A stretch of 64,000 nt of DNA from Heterodontus francisci (Eukaryota), in assembly GCF_036365525.1 (NCBI RefSeq), contig NC_090379.1, forward strand, positions 32,851,790 through 32,915,789, written 5' to 3'. Positions within the stretch are counted from its first letter, which is position 1. The number at the start of each line of letters is the position of its first letter. Positions 26,480 to 38,582 of this stretch are shown here, piece after piece. The notes under the pieces were generated by a model that ran no database searches, was not told where the DNA came from, and saw nothing but the letters and a program-made list of their open reading frames with translations. Both the position numbers and the translations under genes were made by a program.

Positions 26480-27800
26480 TGTCTGCGGGAATGGATCTGC
26501 CTGGCCAATCACAGTTGAGCCCTGAAATAAGTTTGGATACTATTGGTTGCCTTGCAGGGCCTTCCTGGAATGAAGATCTATTCTATCCAAATGGCTTTCC
26601 TCGTTTACATTTATTTAGTGATCTTCCTGGGAACTCCATGGGAGTTGGTCATTCTTAGCTAGCTCACCCAAATAGTCATTCTTCATGTGTGAAACTAGGT
26701 AGTTGGCAGGCTATTTTCTTTGGGGAGCTGGGGGTAGCATAATTGAGCTTGATCATATCCCTCATCTTGCATCCATACTCTTCTGCAGATGAGTGCAGTT
26801 GATCAGGAAGGAAAAACCCGGCCAATTTTTTTTCGCTTCCCTAACCAAGGGGCTCCTATCGCTCCAATTTTCCGTCTCCTCACAGACTGGGGTATGACTG
26901 ACAATCTGAAACTTGGCAAATGCATGCTTGGTGAATTAGTTTAATGAACAATCACTTTAAGTTTATTTGTCAAGCTCACCAGCTCAGCCCAGGTGAACCA
27001 ATGAATGGAAAACTGGTGTCCCAATCCAGATGGTGAACATGGTGAGTAAAAGAACCAAAAGGACCAGCAGGTTTCCAGTTGGTTTCCTAGTCTGTACCAA
27101 GCTAGCTGATCTCAGCCAGGGTGGCAGCAGAGGAGCTACAATTCTCTTCAGTGACCCTGAGCCAGGGGGAGAAAATATTGATTGGAGTGGAAAATATGGG
27201 TGATATCCAGTAACTTATGCTCACAGCAAGTTGTGTGTGTGTGTGTGTGTTTGGAAAACCTTGCCAACTGACTTGCTATCTAGGTTTGTACCTGTGTGAA
27301 GAATGAAGTACTTGAGGGCATCCGATCCGGTGCTTGTACAACTGTACTCCAGTAGAATCAATCTCTTTGGGAGAGGAGAGAAATTGCCAAAACATCTGGA
27401 AAACATCCCCCACAATTTTTTCTTGAAATGGATCATGCTTTTATATTGATTTATGTAGTTGCTGACAGTCTTCTGGTACCATGCCCAATTGGCTAGTGTA
27501 CATGTCTATGTTAGACTGAGTGTGAGCAGCCAATTTTACCATGGAAACATCACATCTTTGCCAACTCTTGTACCTGTTTTGAGGTCTAAGTCTACATACA
27601 CATGCACATGTTCTAGCAAGAATTACTGGGTAAAAATCCTGTGAGAAATGTAGTTAATTCTCTCTTCATACCGCCATTCCCTCTTAGCTTAGGGACACCA
27701 AGACTAGTTGCATCCTCACTGCCAGCACTCCAGCTAGGATTAGCCAGTGGCACAGCCAGGAATGTGAACCTCAGACCCTCCTAGTGTATGTAACTGAGTG
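26480..27800. mobile_element. Cluster of old unclassified SINE-like fragments in both orientations
   Basis: ggtctgtgctgagttagctgatctcagcc...ctacaattggcctcagtgcccc-like core recurs here and near 17280, 31000, 43040 and 43820. Confidence 0.45.
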
Positions 27801-28104
27801 CCACATGGGATGGTTCATTCACTCATAGGGCCCTCAAGAGACTTTGTAGAAACTTTAAATCACAGCCATAAGAATCTTTTTAACTTCTGCAGTATTAAGC
27901 AGATTATCACAATATGCTTGCAAAGAAATACTTATGCCTACCATTTTGTTTTAAGCAGTGTTAACCAGAGTGCTGTAATTTATTAAAAGCATTTGAGGAA
28001 CCCCTTGCTTTCTTGATTATCGCACAATCCCATGAAAGAACTTGCAAGAGGTGTCAAACCACTGCCTAATTCAGGGTGCAGTTGAACATAGTACAGCTTC
28101 CATT

Positions 28105-28420
28105 TTTTTAATTGTTCTTGGGATGTGGCTGACACTGGCAAAATAGCAATTATTGCCCACCCTTAATTGCTCTGAGGACATTGAGTTGACCACATAGCAG
28201 GAGATAGTCCCATCTTGGCCAAATTGGGTAGGTGTGGCAGCTTCCCCCTGCTGAAGGGTGTGGTGAACCAGTTGTGTTTTTACAACAGTCTTGCAATTTT
28301 AAGTCACTTTTTCTGGTGCTGACCCAGAAATGACCAGACTTATTTAATTTTGTTTCATAACTCAGGATGTATTAAATTGTTAATCTATTACCATAGCCAT
28401 TGGACTACTGTACCTGTAAC
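28105..28420 (-). mobile_element. tRNA-SINE fragment with LINE-derived tail
   Basis: ttgttcttgggatgtggctgacactggc...ttattgcccacccttaattgc matches the tail of the LINE at 60705 and the SINE at 44615. Confidence 0.5.
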
Positions 28421-28446
28421 CACTGATATCAAATATAGTTTATCTG

Positions 28447-28891
28447 TAATAAAAACAATGCTGGAAATACTCAACAGGCCAGGTAGCATCCATGGCAAGA
28501 AAAAGTTAATATTTCAGGTCAACAACTTTTCAGCAGAAGAGTAAGAGATTAGTTTTAAAAACGGTATTTATATCTCCTCTAGACCCATCTTTTGCTTCGT
28601 TACTTGTCTCTTTACCACCCCCTTTTGGCTTGGAGCATCATCCTTTTTAGTCATTTAATCGCTCCTGCTTTCCACCCCATCAGATCTTCCCCTTTTGTTC
28701 TTTCCTCTTTCTCCCCACCCTCCTTTCACTGGCTCTGCAGTTGTTTAAAAACTTTTATATCTCAAACATTTTCTAGTTCTGATTAAAGGTCACCAGCCTG
28801 AAACATTAACTGTTTTCTCTTTACAGAGGCTGCCTGCCGAGTATTTCCATCATTTTCTGTTATATCCAGCATCCACAATATTTTGCTTTTG
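28447..28891. mobile_element. Fold-back Penelope pseudo-LTR derivative
   Basis: Minus-strand pLTR arm 28447-28540 and plus-strand arm ~28560-28891; degenerate hammerhead core agtt-ctgatta-aaggtcaccagcct-gaaa-catt-aact at 28775-28811. Confidence 0.7.
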
Positions 28892-28981
28892 TACTAGTCT
28901 ATTGTTACCTACATCCAGACCTCTCGTTGTGCAATTATAAAATATGCTTTGCTATAAATTTAATATTTTTCTTTCGATCAG

Positions 28982-29070
28982 GTGAAGATGAAGACGACAG
29001 TGAAGATGAACCGGATAATAAAGGAGATGGAGATGTACCTCCTGTAAAAAGGACTAGGAAACAATGTTGA
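28982..29070 (+). CDS. GON7: GON7 coding exon 2
   Basis: Acceptor tttttctttcgatcag|; (G)EDEDDSEDEPDNKGDGDVPPVKRTRKQC*; acidic tract plus basic tail as in vertebrate GON7; spliced product 102 aa. Confidence 0.9.
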
Positions 29071-29316
29071 CAAACCATCTGAAACTGTCTTACTGCTTCA
29101 TTGTGTGTTTGAGGTGCTGCAATGGCTGACTTCCTTAAAGATGGTCACCAGTTTAAGACTCTTCACACATTTAAAAGGCCACTCAACTTTTTCTATGGCC
29201 TAAAGATATATTTTTTTTAAAGTGTATAAGTTTCTGAAAACCTGACATTTGTTTAATTTCTTACATGAACCATAAAAAGTTAAGAAATTCTACAACTTTG
29301 TTTTAAGTCAGAGGAA

Positions 29317-29322
29317 AATAAA
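29317..29322 (+). terminator. Candidate GON7 polyadenylation signal
   Basis: First AATAAA seen after the stop codon; others lie further downstream. Confidence 0.4.
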
Positions 29323-29760
29323 TAGTGAAATCTTAAATTTAAGACTAGCTTATTGCACAAGGACAGATCTGTGGTGGAAATCATGTCCAAACTAGCTAAA
29401 TCTATGGGGGTGACAGTGACTATTTTAAATGATTTTCAGTGCGCTTTGGGACAATAAGGCATTAAGACTGCAATTTACCCATGTGCTACCATTGGGAGAC
29501 ATTAATACTCCACTGTGGGCCGTTTTCCTGTATAAAGTTAGGCACAGAAGATTGCTGTTCGTTTGGCTGTGCCATGAAGAAAAGGCAGTAGGGCTGATGA
29601 GCCTGTGTTTTTTTTTAAAGATTCATTTCAAACACTTGAGGCCAATATTTTTTATCTATCTTCCTGCAATGAAGCTATCAGTTCAAATCCCACTATTTTA
29701 GCAGAGGACTAGGTCTGAAAAGATTTCTAGTAACGATGAAACACCACAGTAACCACCAAA

Positions 29761-30016
29761 ATAAAAGCAAAATACTGCTGATGCTGGAAATCTGAAATAA
29801 AACCAAAGTGCTGGAAATACTCAACAGGTTTGGTAGCATCAGTGGAGAGAGAAATAGAGTTAATCTTTTAGTTCGATGACCTTTCATCAGAACTGTTCAG
29901 GTCGATGACCTTTCAGAACAGTTCTGATGAAAGGTCATCGCCCTTTAACATTAACTCTCTCTCTCACCACAGATGCTGCCAGACCTGTTGAGTATTTCCA
30001 GCACTTTGGTTTTATT
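29761..30016. mobile_element. Fold-back Penelope pseudo-LTR derivative (long hairpin)
   Basis: Arms ~29797-29897 and ~29916-30016 are reverse complements; each begins with agttCTGATGAaaggtcatcg. Confidence 0.85.
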
Positions 30017-32474
30017 ACCATAGTAACACTAGCTAACCACACTATTGCTGTCAGTTGATGCTCTGTTGCCAAATGATCCCTTGGCAAGCAGTGGGAAACC
30101 CATTACTTAAAAGCTAATGAAATTGTTGTACAATGAATTTCTGGACTGCCATAATGTCATTTGAACAGGTGGCAGCAAGGATCTAGGTTGCCTGTTCTAA
30201 TAGGAGTGAGCTTGGATCTGTTTCAATGTCTGATTTAGCCCTTGTAAAACTAGTTTGAAGTCTGCAGCATAACTGCACTTTTAAAATATCATTTAGATGG
30301 AGACCATTATTGTTGCAAATTCCATATTGTAAGAAAACCTTTTCTGTATCCTCATTTAGATAGCTCAGTTTGGAGCAGCATATAATCACTGAAAATAGTT
30401 TTGTACAAAAAACAATATTCTATTTATAAAGCAAACAGACCTTGTAATGATAATTGAATTAATGGATATATATTATTTGCCTTTGCAACCCTCAACCAAG
30501 GAAGGAAACAGACAATTGTGCTTAAAAGGTGGACTAATCTATTTGACACACATTAGATCAAAAATAAATGCTTCTGGTAGAAAAAATTCTTTAACAGTAG
30601 CTTCATGATTCAGTTTAATGACTTGGATATCTAGTTACTGTACCAGAAATGTTGGCAAATGTTTCTACATGTACCTTGTTATTTATAAAACAAGTAAACA
30701 AGGCAAAAATTAAAACTTCATTGGGTGTCATTTTATACAAAACAAATTAGTGGTGAGCCTTGAAATCTAATTGCTGTGTCCATTTATGCAAATATTAAAT
30801 GTCGTCACCATGCCTTCCCTACCAATTGTTTAACATTTGCCCAGTGTGCAGTACTAGAAGAATCATGCATTGAAATATAGATTTGATTTAGTATTTTACA
30901 CAATTACCTGAACCTTCTTTCTGCTCCCTGGCCAATGTAGCTATTCTTGATGTCCAGTCACTCAGGTAATCACAAGCATGATTCCTTGTCCAATGCTTAC
31001 TCTCAACAACTTTGCAGGATACGAGAGAATAGTGATGGGATGCTGAAGCCAGTTGTAACACTCCAACTGTTGCTCTGGCTGAGACTAGCAAATTCTCTAT
31101 AGACTATGAATTGAACCTTCTGCTCTGTAATACACCAGGTGGTACCCAATGGCTAGTAGTCGGCTTACCTCAGATCATAAAGTAATTTTTAGAGCATATG
31201 TTTGGAATTCAGTGGATTAGATAAAGGTTTCGTTAGTATCCGGATTCATTCAAGATACAGACTGTTTCTTTTTAGTTTTTCTATATTAAAAACATTTGCT
31301 TAACATTCGCTTTCTCTACAAATTAAGAACTTCGGTTCAAGAATATTTTTTAACTTTAAATATCAAATCTCCATGCCCAATACCACTGAGGGCCACCGAT
31401 CCAAAACTGGAATGTGCACAAATTGCTAATTGAAGAAACTCAAGTATATATTTTTTTAATGGGTAGGCTACTGTAGGTGCACAGAGGCAATTGATGCTGC
31501 CTATTAGGAACTTATTTTCTTTAGGTACTTATTTGTTCCTTGTGCAGTTCTGAGTGAAAGCACAAGGAGACAGATGACCTAACCCCGCTACTGCAACAGG
31601 TGCTTTAGTTAAGATACCAGTGAGATGAGGGAATGGATTATATTTTCTTTGATCAGCGTAATAGTCAAAACCATTTTTACAAAGACCTATACAAATATTT
31701 AGAAACCAAACACCCAGATTACAAAAGTTTTACATTAGGGAAAATGTCAGCTGGGAGACTTGGATCATTTAAGTTTTGGCACCATAAACACTGGTCATAT
31801 GACCTGGCAGCAATGAGACTTAAAAAAAAAATGAAGACTTTGCCCATCTTGATCTGCCCGTGTTAAACCAAAAGTCAAGTAAGCTTGTAATGCTAAACAA
31901 TGTCAAACTAGTGTAGCATTTTTACTGTGCACATTACAGTTATTTCTTGAGAAGCCCTTAAAGTTTCTGGCAGTTATTTTATGGCTCCTCCTATGCAAGA
32001 AAATAGGCTGATTCCAAGTATGTCCCAAATTCACATTCAGAAATCTCCCTGCTTTCCCCCCCCCACCACACCAAAATCAGGTAACCATCATAATCTGACA
32101 GTCTTGCATCTTTGGAGTTTGTGAAAAAATGTTCAGAAGCAATTTGTAGATTTTTTCTGCTTACAGTCCCATTACATTTCTGGCAGTAGTGACAAAGGAT
32201 GGAGGAGATGCAGAGATTTAAAAAAAAATTAGAATGCACATGAAAGCTATGGAACCAGCATTAAATAGTGAAAAATGTAAATTAAGCAGAGCAATACTCA
32301 AGTTTTCTTAAACTACTTGAGAGCAAGGCAGCTATTACTGTGAAAACCCCAGCCACAGATGAATTCTTTTCACCCAGGTATTGAAAAGAGCAAGACACTT
32401 GTCAGTCTATATAAAATAGTGGATACATTTTTTAAAACTGGTTTAGACCAAAAAGTTCATACTCAGTACAAGAC

Positions 32475-32480
32475 TTTATT
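32475..32480 (-). terminator. Candidate distal LYSET polyadenylation signal
   Basis: AATAAA on the minus strand followed by GT/T-rich sequence; closes a ~2.3-kb repeat-free 3' UTR-like tract; a proximal AATAAA lies near 34174. Confidence 0.45.
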
Positions 32481-34613
32481 AGCAGACAGTTTTGAAAGGT
32501 AGATGCAGCAGCAAATCCAGCACCATATTTCTCACATACAATTGTCTATACAAGAGTTAAAAAGCATATATGCATTTTGCAAGATGGCTAGGGTTTCAAA
32601 CTCTAGCACAGGTCTTGAATGTCTAAATGGCTTTAATATATTTTTTAAAAAAGCAAAACATTCGCAGCTGTCTTATTGGCACCATATTACAATATCAGTT
32701 TATGGCAACACCATCAAATTCATTTCACATGCAGCAACTGGCCACACAAGTAAACAAACATCCCCTGCACAGTCTGCTGTTTCCTTCCAGCTGAATGAAC
32801 CATCATATCCAAAGTCATACTCCAGGCTTGGACAGAAGGAAACATTAGCTGCCTCAACTCACTTCAACAACCCCTTAAACCTCAGATATTCAGTCTTTGC
32901 AGTCAGATCAGCATCAGGGGTCGCTACCACATCAATTACCAAAAAGATTAGCATTTATACAGCGCTTGTTGACATCACTACAGAAATAGTTCAAGGTGCG
33001 GCATATGCAATGAACTACTTCCGAATATAGGGACTGCAAACAAATTGCTATTTGCCCTAACAAAATAGTTTCCCAAATTTTAGTTCTCAACTTCTCCAAA
33101 TGAAGGGCAATGAGGAAAAAGTGCGCCTCTTTTATACGTATGATAGTCCCACCTTATTCAGTACTTTTTGAAAGTCACCTAGACACCCATCATTTATTTT
33201 ATACAATTCTGCAGTGTTAAATTTGTGGCAGTTATCTTTCCCCCTTCTAATTCCAATAATCAAGTTACATCAGGAAGTGAGATGAAATCTGCAAGGAATT
33301 AAATTTATCCTAAAAGGAACTGACATTTCCAGGAATAAATTAATCTGCAAATCAAAACTGATATAAAATTACTAACTTTTTTTTTAAAGTCAGAACTCTC
33401 ATTGTGGCGCGATCGCTGAAGTGCTCTTCACTAAAAAAATAAAAACTATTTGCATTAGAATTTGTATAAAAGTGTTAAGAGAATGCAGTGTCTTTCTGTA
33501 CATTGTTAGTGGCAGGTACATCTTTCACTGCACTCTGTTCCTCTGCAAGTAAAACTGTGGCTGGGCGACATGATAGCTTACTTTCCCTATTACTGCTTTT
33601 GTAAAGGGCTTGTGATTATAATTTAAAATGTAAATTTGTCCTTCAACAAATACTTTTGATCAGGTTGTAATACAGGATAAATGGCTACTAGCTACAGTAC
33701 AGAATATTGCTTTATTTGACCCGGATCTTAATGCACAGCCCAGTATGAATGCTTAGCCCAGATATGTTATTTAAATTCTGTCATTTAAAAAAACTGTGTC
33801 TATACAGAACAAGTACCTTGATTATGAAAACAACTGATCCTGAATCCTCCTTCTGTCGTATCAATGCACTAGTTAACCAAATAACATAGGCCTATAACAG
33901 TTAGTGAGCTAGGTCAAGTATTATGTTCAGAGCCTGGTTATTTCCAAATACTTAATAAAAAGATTCACATACATTTTGAACACAATCACCAGCTCTTTCC
34001 ATTTATCCAAAATGCCTTTAGTTATAGCCTTTACTAACTGAAGAGTACATGGATTCACAGTATACTCGAAGAACTCTTGCTTTGCTACACTATGGTGGAG
34101 GCTGTTGTGAACACAGGTTAAGGTTTTCCTTTTAAAAAAACAGGAAAGGACATTAGTAGATGGTCAAATAATCTTTATTCACAAGGCCATTTTGAAAACA
34201 CACCCATTTCCAAAAATGGTTGATGTGAATATAATCTGCGCTCTTTGCATATACCGAAAAAGACGTTTTACCAGAAATAGAAAACAATTACTGCACCTTT
34301 TCAGTTAAAGATTAAAACTGAAGTGTGAAAAATAAAAATATAGATTTAGAGCATCTGGAGGGATGAAGAAAGAAACTCTTTCCCACCAAAATGACCTAAG
34401 AGAGCTAGGAATTCCCATTGAAAAATAATTAAATTTCCTAAAACATGTGCGTAGGTAGGGGCTAATGGCATAACTCACAGTGATATTGAAACATTAACAG
34501 AATCCTAACAATGTCATTTTACACAGTTGTCTGCAGGATCTGCATGGTTCCAAATAAAATTATTAAAAAACCCAGTAATGAAATTTCAGATAAAGCCAGA
34601 CATTTCATTACAG

Positions 34614-34703
34614 ATTACATCAAACTAAGCATCCATGCTTTGAATCTTGATTTGGTGTATTACATCAAACTAAGCATCCATGCTTTGAATCTTGATTTGG
34701 TGT
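34614..34703. repeat. Perfect 45-bp tandem duplication in the LYSET 3' UTR
   Basis: attacatcaaactaagcatccatgctttgaatcttgatttggtgt x2. Confidence 0.95.
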
Positions 34704-34735
34704 TAACTTATCATAACCCAAAGTAACAGGTCCAT

Positions 34736-35131
34736 TCATGTGTCAATTATTTTCAACCTGCTGATTTGATTGGAGGCTTTGACGAAAGCTTGGTGACGAT
34801 TGCAGACGACTGCCAGATAGATTGGAAAAATACAGTAGCCAACTGTCTTGGGATTAGCTCTTGTACACGAGTATAGGAATAAGAAGATTTGCAGGTATGG
34901 AATCAGAAACAGCACACCCCACAGCCAGAATGGGAGCGAAAACAAGCGCGCTGTTACTGTCTGTGTCCAAGAGGCTCCATTCCCCAGGTCCTCAGAGTTC
35001 CGCTGAATATGCTCCAAAGCCAGTTGGTTGTAAGTTTCATTTATTTCAAATACATAATAAAAAACTGCAGCACTTGCTAGCAGGTACAATCCTACACCAA
35101 TCCAACCCATTCGCTGGCGAAAGTTCATCAT
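34736..35131 (-). CDS. LYSET: LYSET / TMEM251, lysosomal enzyme trafficking factor (131 aa)
   Basis: MMNFRQRMGWIGVGLYLLASAAVFYYVFEI...LPFWLW..FLIPYLQIFLFLYSCTRANPKTVGYCI...IDT is the recognisable TMEM251 sequence with two hydrophobic segments; the exon starts at 35150 after ttgcag. Confidence 0.96.
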   Translation of the reverse strand: MMNFRQRMGWIGVGLYLLASAAVFYYVFEINETYNQLALEHIQRNSEDLGNGASWTQTVTARLFSLPFWLWGVLFLIPYLQIFLFLYSCTRANPKTVGYCIFPIYLAVVCNRHQAFVKASNQISRLKIIDT

Positions 35132-35652
35132 TCTCCATAATCTACTTTTTCTGCAATATAAAAGGAGGAAAAGACGAGTTAAAGTAAATGAAAAGCTAAC
35201 ACTTTAAGCCCATCTTGAAGAGAATCATTGGCACATGGTTTGCCCTGTCACCAAGAAACTGGAAACAGTTCTCCCTCTGAAGAGCACAGGATGATGGAGG
35301 TTAGCACAAGAAAGAACTTGTAAATACACAATCAGCAATTGAAAGTGGATGATGGGTTAATATTGCAGGTATGAAGGTTCACCTACCTTTCTCCTTCAGA
35401 TGATTATTAACATAGTCCCTGCTCTCCAATACTGGGCTGGACCCTGAACCCTGTTCTACAACTGGTGGCCACTCCTTCAACTACCCATCCCCCAACCTCT
35501 GGATCTCTCTCTCTTCCACCCAATACCCCCACCTTATCATCTCCCTGCCTTCAAAAGGCAAATATGCCTTTTTTGCCCTTGATCATCTATTTCTCCTTCC
35601 TACTTGGCATCTATTCTTCCGCCATCCGATGAAGCATTCGAGACATTCCTAT

Positions 35653-35952
35653 TAAAACCTGGCTCGGGTATAAAATTAAAACCCGATCCGGGCCCGGCCT
35701 GACCACAGCCAACCTGAACCCGACTCCGGCTAGAGTCCTTCAATTTTTTTCATGCCCAACCCAACAATATCAAAACATGTTATTAGTACAGAAAGAAATT
35801 GCATCAAAACAAAGATTAAAAAGAAAACAATACAAAAACAAAATCCGACCACAGCCGACCCAAGCCCGAACGCTGGACATGGAATATAGACCCGACCCGA
35901 ACTCGACACATAGTCGGGTTTGGTAGAGTTCGGGTCAGGTAGCCAGGCTTTA
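35653..35952. mobile_element. hAT-type MITE (300 bp)
   Basis: TIRs taaaacctggct / agccaggcttta; 8-bp TSD attcctat / atttctat; subterminal acccga repeats. Confidence 0.8.
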
Positions 35953-37194
35953 ATTTCTATGCATGTTAGAAATGCTACAGGATAACAACTTCTTGTTTCC
36001 ATGCCTTTCCGTTGTTTTCCATTTCTACACAGTATTATTAGGCAAAAGGGAGTATATTATGATTTTTTAAAAACTGAAATGTGGTAGTGAATTACTCTAC
36101 TCATTTCAAGCATTACTGTTTGGAACATCAAGGACGTGCTGTAAACATGGCTGAAAAAAAACTGAACACACAGCATTTCAAGAGCTTATTCAAAATCTGT
36201 TTTCTGTGTCTCGATGTGTACCACACTTGCTTCAATACAATTTCCCCAAACAATGTGTTGCTCCTTTGTGTGCAATCTTAACCCATCTATGAAAAGCATT
36301 CTTTGAAGTGCCAAACATATCAATTATTTTCCCCAAGGATAAAATGTATTCTATCCAAAAGAATTTATGTCCCACCCTTGATTAAAGCCATCAAAGAGAT
36401 ACAGCTGTGTTTCATTTTTCTAGTCAGCTTTTAAGGGAAGAATAGTGTGCAAAATAGAAGCATAGCTCAGAATAATTCTTTACTACACCCTCAAATGAAA
36501 AGGTGGTAGTATGGAAATAGTGAACTATCCAGTGTTCTCCCTCTCCCCTTCTGAAGATGCTGACTCCTAAGTGAGGTATGACTATGGATGCCAGTCACCA
36601 ATCAGTACTTTTCCTAATTAGCCATATTTCTCTGTCAGGAACCCAAATAAGGCCCTTGTCAATAATTTAAATACTTGCCAATTCCACAAGACATGTGACT
36701 CTTGTACCTGCATTAAACAATACATCTGATACACACATGATGTGTTGATGCACATCCATTCTTCAGTTACTCCCAAGAGCAATGTATGAGTTTTTTTGTT
36801 AAGCAACTCTTAATGATTATTGTTTTTTCAAGCTGCAAGAAAGACATGGTTAAAAATGGACTTTAACCCAATATAAACAGAGATATAAACTGGCCTAAAA
36901 TGTTATGCAAGGACAACTGTGATCAACTCTGCTGACAAAAATGCTGACTTCAGCAGACATCATTAACTGCTAGCAGGATGAGTTAGCACTGCAACAACTT
37001 GACTACCAGCTCATATATCTGTCCACAAAACCAATAAGTTTCCAATAATCAAAATATGCCACTAAAAGTTGGCCACAGGAGAATGTCACCAGTTCAACGG
37101 CACATTGAAACACCCACAAAAACAGTGGGTTTCTCCTGCAGCAAGCTATTTGGAAGTCAGTGAGAGAGAGAGCCTGGTGTGTATATACATAAAA

Positions 37195-37525
37195 AAACAG
37201 GAGCTGGATGGGGTAGGCCATTTGGCCCTTCGAGCCTGCTCTGCCATTTAATAGGCTCATGGTTGATCTTCTACCTCAACTTCACTTTCCCGATATCCCC
37301 TTAATTCCCTTAGCACCCAAAAATATACCAACCTCCATGTTGAATATACTCGATGACTGAGCATCCATGGCTCTCTGGGGTAGAGAATTCCAAAGATTCA
37401 CAACCCTTTGAAGAAATTGCTCATCTTAATCCTAATGGCTGATCCCTTATTCGGTGACTGTGACCCCCATGTTCTAGATTCCCCAGCCAGGAGAAACATT
37501 TTCTCAGCAATGACCTTGCCAAGCT
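37195..37525 (-). mobile_element. CR1 3' fragment
   Basis: gtaggccatttggcccttcgagcctgctctgccattt tail plus ORF2 end. Confidence 0.7.
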
Positions 37526-38582
37526 CTGGGTGTTGTTGTGCACGAAACACAAAAAGTCAGCATACAGGTGTAGCAAGTAACTAAGACAGATGGAATTTTG
37601 CCCTTTATTGCCAGGGGGTTGGAGTTTAAAAATAGGGAAATCTTGTTAAAACTGTACAGGGCGTTGGTAAGTCCACACCTGGAGTATTGTGTGCAGTTTT
37701 GGTCCCAGTATTTAAGAAAGGATATACTGGCATTGGAGGCAGTTCAAAAGGGATTCCCTAGGCTGATTCCTGAGATGAAGGGGTTGACCACAGCTAAACA
37801 GGTTAGGCCTTTATTTAGTTTTTTTGTTTTAGAGATACAGCACTGAAACAGGCCCTTCGGCCCACCGAGTCTGTGCCGACCATCAACCACCCATTTATAC
37901 TAATCCTACACTAATCCCATATTCCTATCACATCCCCACCTGTCCCTATATATTTCCCTACCACCTACCTATACTAGGGGCAATTTATAATGGCCAATTA
38001 ACCTATCAACCTGCAAGTCTTTTGGCATGTGGGAGGAAACCGGAGCACCCGGAGGAAACCCACGCAGACACAGGGAGAATTTGCAAACTCCGCACAGGCA
38101 GTACCCAGAATCGAACCCGGGTCCCTGGAGCTGTGAGGCTGCGATGCTAACCACTGCGCCACTGTGCCGCCCCAGTTTAGAGTTTAGAAGAATGAGGGGT
38201 GATCTTATTGAAACCTACAAGATTCTGAGGGGCTTGACAGGGTAGATGTTGAGAAGATGTTTCCACTAGTGGGGGAATCTCAAACTAGGGGACATAGTTA
38301 CAGAATAAGGGGACACTCATTTAAAACTGAGATGCAAAGAAATTTCTTTTCTCAGAGATTAGTGAATGTCTGGAATTCTCTACCCCAGAGAGTTATGGAG
38401 GCGAGATCAGAGTGTATTTAAAGAGCAGGTAGATAGATTTTTGAAATATCGGAGAGTTGAGGGCTATGAGGAGCTGACACAAAAGAGTTGAGGTCTGGGA
38501 CAGATCAGCCATGATCTTATTGAATGGCGGGGCATGCTTGAGGGGCCGAATGGCCTACTCCTGCTATTTCTTATGTTCTTAA
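37526..38582 (+). mobile_element. CR1 3' fragment interrupted by a SINE
   Basis: HLEYCVQFWS, LEFRRMRGDLIETYK, tail ggcctactcctgctatttcttatgttctta. Confidence 0.85.
37815..38173 (-). mobile_element. HE1-like V-SINE nested in CR1
   Basis: Reverse complement of the 12845 copy; B box gggttcgattc. Confidence 0.9.

Noticed and set aside
32503-33030. 175-aa plus-strand ORF
   Set aside because: No recognisable motif; lies antisense to the probable LYSET 3' UTR; most likely a chance ORF
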